Part shown: one piece after another, positions 56,784 to 64,000 of the stretch
Numbering within the stretch: the stretch's first letter is position 1
Layout: each line of letters begins with the position of its first letter
Assembly (NCBI GenBank): GCA_026391735.1
Contig: JAPLDL010000016.1
Coordinates: 865-64,864 of the forward strand
Length of the DNA: 64,000 nt
Source of the DNA: Bacteroidota bacterium
GTDB taxonomy: Bacteria > Bacteroidota > Bacteroidia > Bacteroidales > FEN-979
Direction of reading: 5' to 3'
Notes under the pieces: generated by a model
What the model was told of the DNA's origin: nothing
Seen by the model: only the letters and a program-made list of their open reading frames with translations
Databases searched by the model: none
Translations under genes and position numbers: made by a program

Positions 56784-56817
56784 TCCTAAACAATTTTAAT
56801 TTCAGCTTTTGGTTAAA

Positions 56818-56847
56818 ACGGCTCTCCTCGGAGGGCCGTCTTTTTTT
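56818..56847 (+). terminator. rho-independent terminator (near-identical copy of 53586-53617)
   Basis: acggctctc-ctcg-gagggccgt followed by T7. Confidence 0.85.
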
Positions 56848-56904
56848 GCAGGATGGCAGTTTATCCGTAATTTTACATTGGTTTTAATTTCTTATCGGCA
56901 TTAC

Positions 56905-57645
56905 ATGAAAATCACATTTTTCCAGGTCCTTAATTATTCGCTGATCTTTTTTGCCATGATCCTTTTTATAAGGTATTTATGGGATATAATCTTTAACCCA
57001 GATTACGAGCCTGCAGCCTGGAAAGAAGCTAAGAAGGAAGGTAGGCTGACGGGTCTGCGGAAGGTTGAAAAACAATACAAGGATAAAGTCAGGTTTTTCA
57101 ATTTCTGGTTCCAGGTCGAACGGCTTAGAAAGGAACAGGTCGCCGGAGCTATGGCCGAACTGGGAGTATACCAGGGTGAAAGTGCCAGGATTTTACACTA
57201 TCTTGACCCTGCACGGAAGCTCTATCTTTTTGATACCTTCGAAGGGTTTAAAAACCAGGATCTTGCGATAGAAAAAGGAGTAGCGGCAACATACACCAGC
57301 AACAATTTTGCCGACACCAGTATTAATAAGGTACTCAGATTTATCGGCGGAAACGGGAACATATCGGTGCAACAAGGGTATTTTCCGGCCTCTGCCTTAA
57401 AACTGGTTCATGAGAAGTTTGCCCTGGTTAATATAGATGTTGACTTATACAACCCAACCAAAGCCGGTCTTGAATTTTTCTACCCGCGCCTTTGTCCGGG
57501 AGGAATCATCCTGGTACATGACTATAATTTTAAATGGGAGGGGGTGATCAGGGCTGTTGATGAGTTTTGCAAAACCATACCCGAATCCATGGTTATTATC
57601 CCTGACAGAGAAACTACCGTGATGATCATCCGCAGAAAATTCTGA
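56905..57645 (+). CDS. TylF/MycF-like class I SAM-dependent methyltransferase with N-terminal TM helix
   Basis: ATG at 56905; the track start at 56809 would read through the upstream terminator. Hydrophobic N-terminus (NYSLIFFAMILFIRYLW), then ELGVYQGESA, LFDTFEGF and VDVDLYNPTKAGLEFFYPRLCPGGIILVHDY, typical of the macrocin-O-methyltransferase family. Confidence 0.8.
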   Translation: MKITFFQVLNYSLIFFAMILFIRYLWDIIFNPDYEPAAWKEAKKEGRLTGLRKVEKQYKDKVRFFNFWFQVERLRKEQVAGAMAELGVYQGESARILHYLDPARKLYLFDTFEGFKNQDLAIEKGVAATYTSNNFADTSINKVLRFIGGNGNISVQQGYFPASALKLVHEKFALVNIDVDLYNPTKAGLEFFYPRLCPGGIILVHDYNFKWEGVIRAVDEFCKTIPESMVIIPDRETTVMIIRRKF

Positions 57646-57809
57646 TAGCTGGATAGCTGGATAGCTTGAAAGTTGGATAGCTTGATAACTGGATAGCTGG
57701 ATAACTGGATAGCTGGATAGCTTGATAACTGGATAGCTGGATAGCTTGATAACTGGATAGCTGGATAACTTGATATCTGATTATCCAGTTATCCCGCTAT
57801 CCAGTTATC
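57646..57809. repeat. ~16 tandem 8-nt units (CTGGATAG / CTGGATAA / CTTGATAA) followed by an inverted partial copy
   Basis: Direct reading from tagctggatagctggatag... to ...ctggataacttgatatctga, then ttatccagttatcccgctatccagttatc (57781-57809), which can pair with the preceding units. Confidence 0.95.
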
Positions 57810-57932
57810 TTCGTGAAGCGAAATCCGCAATCAATCATCATTGATTATCAGGATAAAGAGGGACTTTCTGATTTTTTTTCATCCGGTTTGTAAAAAAAAC
57901 ATTAAATCTCTTGTTTGAAAGAAAATAAATTG

Positions 57933-57940
57933 TAATTTTG
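57933..57940 (+). promoter_or_regulatory. -7 promoter box (TAATTTTG) for the str operon, implying a ~220-nt leader
   Basis: TAnnTTTG match with TTTG at 57914-57917. rpsL starts at 58169. Confidence 0.45.
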
Positions 57941-58168
57941 CACCCTCGAAAATCAGATTTGGTTTTTGAGGGGATACTAAGCCGAAATTAGTAAGGAAAC
58001 CTGACAAAGCGAGACATCTATAGGTTTCAAAAGCAGCCGGAACGTCGGTTGCAGTGAAAAAGTCTCTCTGAACAACAGCTCTCCTTTTATATTTCAAAGC
58101 CAATATCCTTCTTTACACAGCGCAGGTTTTAGCGCTAAAACGTTTGAAAAGAATTTAAACATTTCAAT

Positions 58169-58552
58169 ATGCCTACAATTTCGCAATTGGTTCGTAAAGG
58201 AAGACACAAACTGACAGATAAGAGCAAAGCTCCTGCCCTTGATGGATGTCCCCAGCGCCGCGGTGTTTGCGTGAGGGTTTATACGACCACTCCCAAAAAG
58301 CCCAATTCAGCAATGCGTAAAGTTGCACGTGTTCGTCTGACCAACGGGAAGGAAGTGAATGCTTACATCCCGGGTGAAGGCCATAATCTCCAGGAACACT
58401 CGATCGTGATGATCCGCGGAGGCCGTGTCAAGGATCTTCCCGGCGTTCGTTACCATATTATCCGTGGTGCCCTCGATACATCAGGTGTTGAAGGTCGCAA
58501 GCAGCGCCGTTCCAAATATGGCGCCAAGAAGCCTAAAGAAAAGAAAGCATAA
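58169..58552 (+). CDS. rpsL: 30S ribosomal protein S12
   Basis: [12 protein letters not shown]...[10 protein letters not shown], the canonical S12 sequence. Confidence 0.98.
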   Translation: MPTISQLVRKGRHKLTDKSKAPALDGCPQRRGVCVRVYTTTPKKPNSAMRKVARVRLTNGKEVNAYIPGEGHNLQEHSIVMIRGGRVKDLPGVRYHIIRGALDTSGVEGRKQRRSKYGAKKPKEKKA

Positions 58553-58575
58553 TCACAGCTGTTAGTTAAGCGCAT

Positions 58576-59043
58576 ATGAGAAAATCAAGACCAAAGAAAA
58601 GGATCATCATTCCCGACCCAAGGTTCAGCGATACGCTGGTGACCAAGTTCGTGAATAATATGATGTTCAGCGGCAAAAAGAACCAGTCGTACGACATCTT
58701 TTACGAAGCCATTGACATTGTAAGCGAGAAGACCAAGGAAGACGGCCTGGAAGTTTTTAAGAAAGCCCTTGCCAATGTCACTCCTTCTGTTGAGGTACGC
58801 AGCCGCCGTATAGGTGGTGCTACTTTCCAGATCCCTTCTGAGATAAGGCCTGCACGCAAAAGTTCAATCGGGATGAAATCACTGGTTGGCTATGCAAGGA
58901 AACGCCACGAAAAAAGCATGGCCCAGAAACTGGCCGCTGAGATCCTGGCTGCTTACAAGGAAGAAGGTGCCGCTTTCAAGCGCAAAGAAGACACCCACAG
59001 GATGGCAGAAGCCAATAAAGCATTTTCACATTTCAGATTTTAA
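58576..59043 (+). CDS. rpsG: 30S ribosomal protein S7
   Basis: 155 aa with [17 protein letters not shown] ... the canonical S7 sequence. Confidence 0.98.
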   Translation: MRKSRPKKRIIIPDPRFSDTLVTKFVNNMMFSGKKNQSYDIFYEAIDIVSEKTKEDGLEVFKKALANVTPSVEVRSRRIGGATFQIPSEIRPARKSSIGMKSLVGYARKRHEKSMAQKLAAEILAAYKEEGAAFKRKEDTHRMAEANKAFSHFRF

Positions 59044-59076
59044 TATTAACCGTAACCTTATACAATATATTATATA

Positions 59077-61179
59077 ATGCCCGGCCTCGAACATACCCGC
59101 AACATTGGCATTATGGCTCATATCGACGCCGGTAAGACGACGACGACCGAGCGTATATTGTATTATACCGGTATTAACTATAAAATGGGCGAGGTACACG
59201 ACGGCACTGCCACTATGGACTGGATGGTTCAGGAGCAGGAACGTGGTATTACCATTACCTCAGCCGCAACCACTGTTTACTGGGATTTTAAAAGCGAACA
59301 ATACCGAATCAACATCATCGACACTCCTGGCCACGTAGATTTTACAGTGGAAGTGGAAAGATCGCTGAGGGTTCTTGACGGGGCCGTTGCTTTATTCTGC
59401 GCAGTTGGGGGAGTAGAGCCCCAGAGTGAGACAGTTTGGAAACAGGCCGACAAGTACCTTGTTCCCCGCCTTAGCTACGTAAATAAAATGGACCGCACAG
59501 GAGCCGATTTTTTCAAAGTGATCGAACAGATCAAAGAAAAACTTGGCGCTAAACCGATCCCCGTTCAGCTGCCTATTGGTGCTGAAGAGGATTTCAGGGG
59601 AGTTGTGGACCTGATCTCGGGTAAGGCATATTCATGGGACGACGCTTCATTAGGAAAGGAATATTTTGAGATCCCGGTTCCTGAAGATATGAAAGATCTG
59701 GTTCGCGAATACCGCTCAAAACTTATTGAAGGAGCTGCTGAGGAAAGCGAAGAGTTGCTTCACAAATTCCTGCAAAATCCAGATTCGATTACTGAAGAAG
59801 ATGTTATTTTACAGATCCGCAAAGCCACGATCCAGAACAGGATCACCCCGGTCATCTGCGGAGCATCATTTAAAAATAAGGGAGTACAGACCCTGATTGA
59901 CAGTATTATCAGGTTCTTACCTTCACCATACGATATGCCCGCTATCAAGGGCATTAATCCCTTCACTGAAAAAGAAGAAGAGCGACATCCCGATCCTGAA
60001 GAACCGTTTTCGGCCCTGGCATTTAAAATTGCAGCCGATCCTTTTGTTGGGCGGATTGCTTTTTTCCGTGTTTATTCTGGAGCACTCGATGCCGGCGAAG
60101 TTGTGCTGAATGCCAATACCGATAAAAAGGAAAGATTGCTGCGTATCATGCAGATGCATGCCAACAAGCAGATTCCTCTCAAACGCATTGAAGCTGGTGA
60201 GATAGGTGTTGCAGTAGGTTTCAAAGAAATCCGTACAGGTGATACCCTTTGTGATATCAAGCATCCTATCATGCTGGAAACTATGAGTTTCCCAGAGCCT
60301 GTCATCAATATGGCTATTGAGCCTAAGACCCAGGACGATGTTGAGAAACTGGCTAACTGCCTGAAAAAGATGGCAGAAGAAGATCCTACTTTCAAAGTTA
60401 AAATTGATGAAGAGACCGGCCAGACCGTTATCAGCGGAATGGGAGAACTTCACCTTGATATTATTGCCGACCGGATGAGGCGCGAGTTCAATATCGACGT
60501 GAATCGTGGAAATCCCCAGGTAGCCTATAAAGAAGCTATTGTAAATTCGGTGATGCACCATGAGGTGTATAAAAAACAGTCGGGGGGCAAAGGACGTTTC
60601 GCAGATCTTTCAATTGAGATTTCTCCAGCCGACAAGGGAGTTAAAGGCCTGCAGTTCATCAATGATGTGAAAGGCGGCAATATTCCTAAGGAGTTTATGC
60701 CGGCTATAGAAAAAGGAATTAAATCGGGAATGTCGAACGGCCCGATCGTTGGCTTCCCGATGGAAAGCATTAAAGTACGTTTGATCGACGGGGCATTCCA
60801 CAGTGTGGATTCGGATGCATTATCATTCCAGATCGCTGCAGGGATCGCCTTCAGAGAAGCCACTAAAAAAGCTAAAGCTGTCATGATGGAGCCCATCATG
60901 CGGTTTGAGATCATCACCCCGAATGAAAGTATGGGTGAAGTAACCAGCGACCTTCATAAACGTCGCGGGCATGTTGAAAATGTTGAATCCAGAATTGGTA
61001 ATGCAGTTATTCATGGAAAAGTACCTCTTGCAGAAATGTTCGGGTATGTGACCACACTCAGGAGCATTACCAGCGGAAGGGCGACCTGCATGCTTGAATT
61101 TTCAAAGTACGCCCCGACTCCTCAGGAGGTTATGGATGAAGTGTTATTTAAAATCAGAGGCTACGTGCCTGTATATTAA
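59077..61179 (+). CDS. fusA: elongation factor G
   Basis: 700 aa with G1 [17 protein letters not shown] and NKMD motifs. Confidence 0.98.
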   Translation: MPGLEHTRNIGIMAHIDAGKTTTTERILYYTGINYKMGEVHDGTATMDWMVQEQERGITITSAATTVYWDFKSEQYRINIIDTPGHVDFTVEVERSLRVLDGAVALFCAVGGVEPQSETVWKQADKYLVPRLSYVNKMDRTGADFFKVIEQIKEKLGAKPIPVQLPIGAEEDFRGVVDLISGKAYSWDDASLGKEYFEIPVPEDMKDLVREYRSKLIEGAAEESEELLHKFLQNPDSITEEDVILQIRKATIQNRITPVICGASFKNKGVQTLIDSIIRFLPSPYDMPAIKGINPFTEKEEERHPDPEEPFSALAFKIAADPFVGRIAFFRVYSGALDAGEVVLNANTDKKERLLRIMQMHANKQIPLKRIEAGEIGVAVGFKEIRTGDTLCDIKHPIMLETMSFPEPVINMAIEPKTQDDVEKLANCLKKMAEEDPTFKVKIDEETGQTVISGMGELHLDIIADRMRREFNIDVNRGNPQVAYKEAIVNSVMHHEVYKKQSGGKGRFADLSIEISPADKGVKGLQFINDVKGGNIPKEFMPAIEKGIKSGMSNGPIVGFPMESIKVRLIDGAFHSVDSDALSFQIAAGIAFREATKKAKAVMMEPIMRFEIITPNESMGEVTSDLHKRRGHVENVESRIGNAVIHGKVPLAEMFGYVTTLRSITSGRATCMLEFSKYAPTPQEVMDEVLFKIRGYVPVY

Positions 61180-61187
61180 TCATTTAT

Positions 61188-61441
61188 ATGAGCCAGAGAA
61201 TTAGAATAAAACTGAAGTCTTACGATTACAACCTTGTTGATAAGTCAGCAGACCTTTGCCCACTGACAAGAAGATCTTCACTGTTTTACGCTCGACTTTT
61301 GTGAACAAGAAATCCAGGGAACAGTTCCAGCTCTGCACTTATAAACGCATGCTGGATATCTACAGCACGACATCGAAAACAATCGATGCACTGATGAAAC
61401 TGGAACTTCCTTCAGGAGTGGAAGTTGAGATCAAGGTTTGA
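61188..61441 (+). pseudogene. rpsJ: 30S ribosomal protein S10 gene interrupted by an internal ~52-nt deletion and frameshift
   Basis: The ATG at 61188 gives [21 protein letters not shown] (the S10 N-terminus), then runs out of frame to a TGA at 61302-61304. The S10 C-terminal two thirds ([25 protein letters not shown]...[11 protein letters not shown]) is read in a different frame from 61253 to 61441. About 18 codons normally found between KSA and PLPT are absent. Confidence 0.75.
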
Positions 61442-61482
61442 TCGAGGTGTAATTGTAATTGAAAAACGAAAAATCGTAAGAA

Positions 61483-62112
61483 ATGTCTGGATTAATTGGA
61501 AAAAAAGTCGGGATGACCAGCATCTATGATGCCAACGGGAAGAATATTCCCTGTACCGTCATTGAAGCAGGTCCCTGTGTTGTTACGCAGATCCGATCCA
61601 AGGAAAAAGAAGGTTATGATGCCATCCAGCTTGCTTTTGAGGACAAGAAAGAGAAGCATACCACAAAAGCTGTGTTGGGCCATTTTAAGAAAGCAGGGAT
61701 CACCCCAAAGAAAGTTATTGCTGAATTTACCCGTTTCGAGGCTGACCATCAGAAACAATTCGGGGATATTGTCAAGGTAGATATCTTCCAGGAAGGCGAA
61801 TACATCGACGTGGTTGGTGTCTCCAAAGGCAAGGGTTTCCAGGGAGTTGTGAAAAGGCATCATTTCCATGGTGTCGGAGAAGCTACTCACGGGCAGCATG
61901 ACCGACTCCGAGCTCCTGGTTCGGTTGGTGCATCATCCTGGCCTTCAAGAGTATGGCCCGGGTTAAGAATGGCTGGCCGTATGGGTGGAAAGCGCGTTAA
62001 AGTGATCAACCTGCAGATTTTAAAGATAATCCTGGAAAAGAACCTCGTTCTTGTAAAAGGTGCGATTCCGGGACCTACTGGTGCATATGTAATTATTGAG
62101 AGATGGAAATAA
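61483..62112 (+). CDS. rplC: 50S ribosomal protein L3
   Basis: [32 protein letters not shown]..., the canonical L3 sequence. Confidence 0.97.
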   Translation: MSGLIGKKVGMTSIYDANGKNIPCTVIEAGPCVVTQIRSKEKEGYDAIQLAFEDKKEKHTTKAVLGHFKKAGITPKKVIAEFTRFEADHQKQFGDIVKVDIFQEGEYIDVVGVSKGKGFQGVVKRHHFHGVGEATHGQHDRLRAPGSVGASSWPSRVWPGLRMAGRMGGKRVKVINLQILKIILEKNLVLVKGAIPGPTGAYVIIERWK

Positions 62113-62732
62113 AAGTATTTAACATTAAAGGAACAGAAACCGGCCGCAAAGTCAAGCTTGACGATGAGGTTTTCGGGATTGAGCCCAATGATCATGCCAT
62201 TTACCTGGATGTTAAGCAGCATATGGCAAATGCACGTCAGGGGACTCATGCTACCCTTGAAAAGTCAATGATCTCCGGTAGCACGAAGAAACTGCACAAG
62301 CAGAAAGGAACAGGCGGTTCCCGTAAGGGCAGCATTAAGAGTCCCTTATTCCGTGGAGGAGCCCGTGTTTTCGGCCCCCAGCCAAGGGATTATAACTTCA
62401 AACTGAACAAGAAGCTGAAGAAGCTTGCACGTATATCCGCCCTCAGCTATAAAGTGAAAGAAAGCAACCTTACAGTACTTGAGGATTTTACTTTCGATTC
62501 CCCGAAGACAAAGAATTTCACTGAGCTTCTGAAAAGTTTTCAGCTCACTGGGAAAAAGATTCTGGTCGTGGTGAATTCACCGGATGAAAATCTTTTGCTT
62601 GCTGCCAGAAACCTGAAACGACTGAAAATCGTCCGCACGGCCGACCTGAACACTTATGAGATCCTTGATGCAAAGCAGGTGTTGATGACCGAGAGTTCAA
62701 TTCCTGAAATTGTAAAGATTCATCAGAATTAA
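62103..62732 (+). CDS. rplD: 50S ribosomal protein L4
   Basis: 209 aa with the [27 protein letters not shown] block. Confidence 0.97.
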   Translation: MEIKVFNIKGTETGRKVKLDDEVFGIEPNDHAIYLDVKQHMANARQGTHATLEKSMISGSTKKLHKQKGTGGSRKGSIKSPLFRGGARVFGPQPRDYNFKLNKKLKKLARISALSYKVKESNLTVLEDFTFDSPKTKNFTELLKSFQLTGKKILVVVNSPDENLLLAARNLKRLKIVRTADLNTYEILDAKQVLMTESSIPEIVKIHQN

Positions 62733-62752
62733 ACAATTTATTCTATAATCCG

Positions 62753-63043
62753 ATGAGAATTATTATAAAGCCTATCATTACAGAGAAGATGACCGCCCAG
62801 GGTGAATCCCTGAACAGGTATGGGTTCTTTGTAGACCGCAAGGCAAACAAACTTCAGATCAAGCAGGCTATCAAAGACCTGTATGGTGTCGAAGTTGAAG
62901 CGATCAGCACGATGATCGTTTTTGGAAAGAAAAAAAGCCGTTACACCAAAGGCGGTGTGATCTCCGGAAGGGCAACTTCCAGGAAAAAGGCCGTAGTAAC
63001 ATTGGCAAAAGGCGAAACTATTGACTTTTACAGCAATATTTAA
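62753..63043 (+). CDS. rplW: 50S ribosomal protein L23
   Basis: 96 aa starting IIKPIITEKMT..., the canonical L23 sequence. Confidence 0.96.
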   Translation: MRIIIKPIITEKMTAQGESLNRYGFFVDRKANKLQIKQAIKDLYGVEVEAISTMIVFGKKKSRYTKGGVISGRATSRKKAVVTLAKGETIDFYSNI

Positions 63044-63046
63044 ACA

Positions 63047-63871
63047 ATGGCGCTTAAGAAATACAAACCAACAACACCCGGTCAGAGGTTCAAAGTTATC
63101 AGTTCCTATGATGACATTACCACGATGACCCCTGAGAAGAGCCTGCTGGCACCTACCAGGAAGACGGGAGGAAGAAACAACCAGGGAAAAATGACCATGC
63201 GTTATATGGGCGGCGGTCATAAACAGGTTTACCGTATTATTGACTTCAAGAGGGATAAGGACGACATTCCCGGTCTGGTAAAGAGCATCGAGTATGATCC
63301 CAACCGGACTGCCAGGATTGCCCTGATCAACTACAAAGACGGAGAGAAACGGTATATCGTTGCACCTCATGGTTTAAAGGTCGGCCAAACGATCCTTTCA
63401 GGTAAAGGGGCTGCTCCTGAAATAGGGAACACCTTATTTCTGAGTGAAATACCTTTTGGTACCGTGATTCACAACGTGGAATTACGTCCTGGTCAGGGTG
63501 CCAAGATGGTCCGTTCGGCCGGGGCTTACGCCCAGCTGATGTCGCGTGACGGTAAATTTGCCATCATTAAGATGCCTTCGGGTGAAACCCGAATGATTTT
63601 ACAGACCTGCAAAGCTACTATCGGAGCGGTTTCTAATACAGACCATCAGCTTGAGAAGCATGGCAAAGCCGGCCGTAAACGCTGGCTGGGCCGCAGGCCG
63701 AGGAACCGTGGTGTTTCCATGAACCCGGTTGACCATCCAATGGGTGGAGGTGAAGGTCGCGCTTCCGGCGGGCACCCCCGTTCACGTAACGGTATGCCGG
63801 CAAAGGGCTATAAGACCCGTTCGAAGAAAAAGCAATCGAACCAGTATATCATTGAAAAACGGAAAAAGTAA
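63047..63871 (+). CDS. rplB: 50S ribosomal protein L2
   Basis: 274 aa with the [15 protein letters not shown] start and GGGEGR motif. Confidence 0.98.
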   Translation: MALKKYKPTTPGQRFKVISSYDDITTMTPEKSLLAPTRKTGGRNNQGKMTMRYMGGGHKQVYRIIDFKRDKDDIPGLVKSIEYDPNRTARIALINYKDGEKRYIVAPHGLKVGQTILSGKGAAPEIGNTLFLSEIPFGTVIHNVELRPGQGAKMVRSAGAYAQLMSRDGKFAIIKMPSGETRMILQTCKATIGAVSNTDHQLEKHGKAGRKRWLGRRPRNRGVSMNPVDHPMGGGEGRASGGHPRSRNGMPAKGYKTRSKKKQSNQYIIEKRKK

Positions 63872-63889
63872 CAGCTAATCTTTAAGAAT

Positions 63890-64000
63890 ATGAGCAGATC
63901 GCTTAAAAAAGGACCTTTTATCCACTACAAGCTCGAAAAGAAAGTTCAGGATGCTGTGGAATCCAAGAAAAAGACAGTCATAAAGACCTGGTCGAGGGGT
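63890..64000 (+). CDS. rpsS: 30S ribosomal protein S19 (partial; runs off window)
   Basis: The ATG at 63890 gives [19 protein letters not shown]..., the canonical S19 N-terminus. Confidence 0.9.
   Translation, partial: MSRSLKKGPFIHYKLEKKVQDAVESKKKTVIKTWSRG

Noticed and set aside
56809-56904. Upstream extension of the methyltransferase ORF
   Set aside because: The extension would be translated through the strong terminator hairpin and T-run of the preceding gene. The ATG at 56905, followed by a TM helix, is the sensible start.
45207-57645. Calling the accessory island a mobile element or genomic island with defined ends
   Set aside because: No integrase, transposase, tRNA target, inverted or direct terminal repeats, or conjugation/phage genes are visible. 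Only the accessory gene content and the flanking octamer array suggest variability.
57879-58103. 74-aa minus-strand ORF upstream of rpsL
   Set aside because: It lies antisense within the putative str-operon promoter and leader. It has no ribosome-binding context or recognisable motif.
59923-60561. 212-aa ORF on the - strand
   Set aside because: It is antisense to fusA, and no motifs are present.
62738-63370. 210-aa ORF on the - strand
   Set aside because: It is antisense to rplW and rplB, a shadow ORF of highly conserved ribosomal protein genes.

Overview
This 64-kb window looks like a Bacteroidota chromosome (Bacteroidales-like, probably an anaerobe). Supporting signs are Bacteroidetes-type TAnnTTTG -7 promoter boxes upstream of many genes, a SecDF fusion, a GH92 enzyme, the DUF4290-murA pairing and a LemA-TPM-TPM operon. 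No tRNA, rRNA, CRISPR array, integrase or transposase was seen.

Most of the window is housekeeping: rpsP, dnaE, trxA, valS, rsmE, htpG, ilvE, pyrF, prfA, purM, secDF, dnaJ-grpE, murA, a uvrD-like helicase, and the str/S10 ribosomal operon rpsL-rpsG-fusA-rpsJ-rplC-rplD-rplW-rplB-rpsS.

Four things deserve a second look.

1. A ~12-kb accessory island (45.2-57.6 kb) lies between the uvrD-like gene and rpsL. It encodes three LruC/DUF4842-domain surface proteins with different inserted stalk modules, a small stand-alone lipoprotein, and two tandem 492-aa lipoprotein paralogs of a family I do not recognise. The C-terminal region of those paralogs carries Cys and Gln motifs resembling internal thioester (TED/TQXA) domains of Gram-positive adhesins.

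2. All four promoters in the island are preceded by 21-bp-phased direct repeats of an ACAYWTAC-type 9-mer. The proximal copy always starts exactly 40 nt upstream of the TAnnTTTG box. This looks like one shared activator (LytTR-like spacing) that is not encoded in the window.

3. A five-gene Hdr-like operon (HdrC/B/A-like, a small ferredoxin, and a NarI/DsrM-like membrane domain fused to an HdrD/DsrK-like module) sits at 9.1-14.1 kb.

4. rpsJ (S10) appears broken by a ~52-nt internal deletion and frameshift.

The genome is also peppered with 7-8-nt tandem micro-repeats, many with a GGAT/ATCC core. They occur in intergenic regions and twice inside coding sequence.

All functional calls rest on my reading of the translated ORFs and remembered family signatures. 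No database search or structure prediction was possible.
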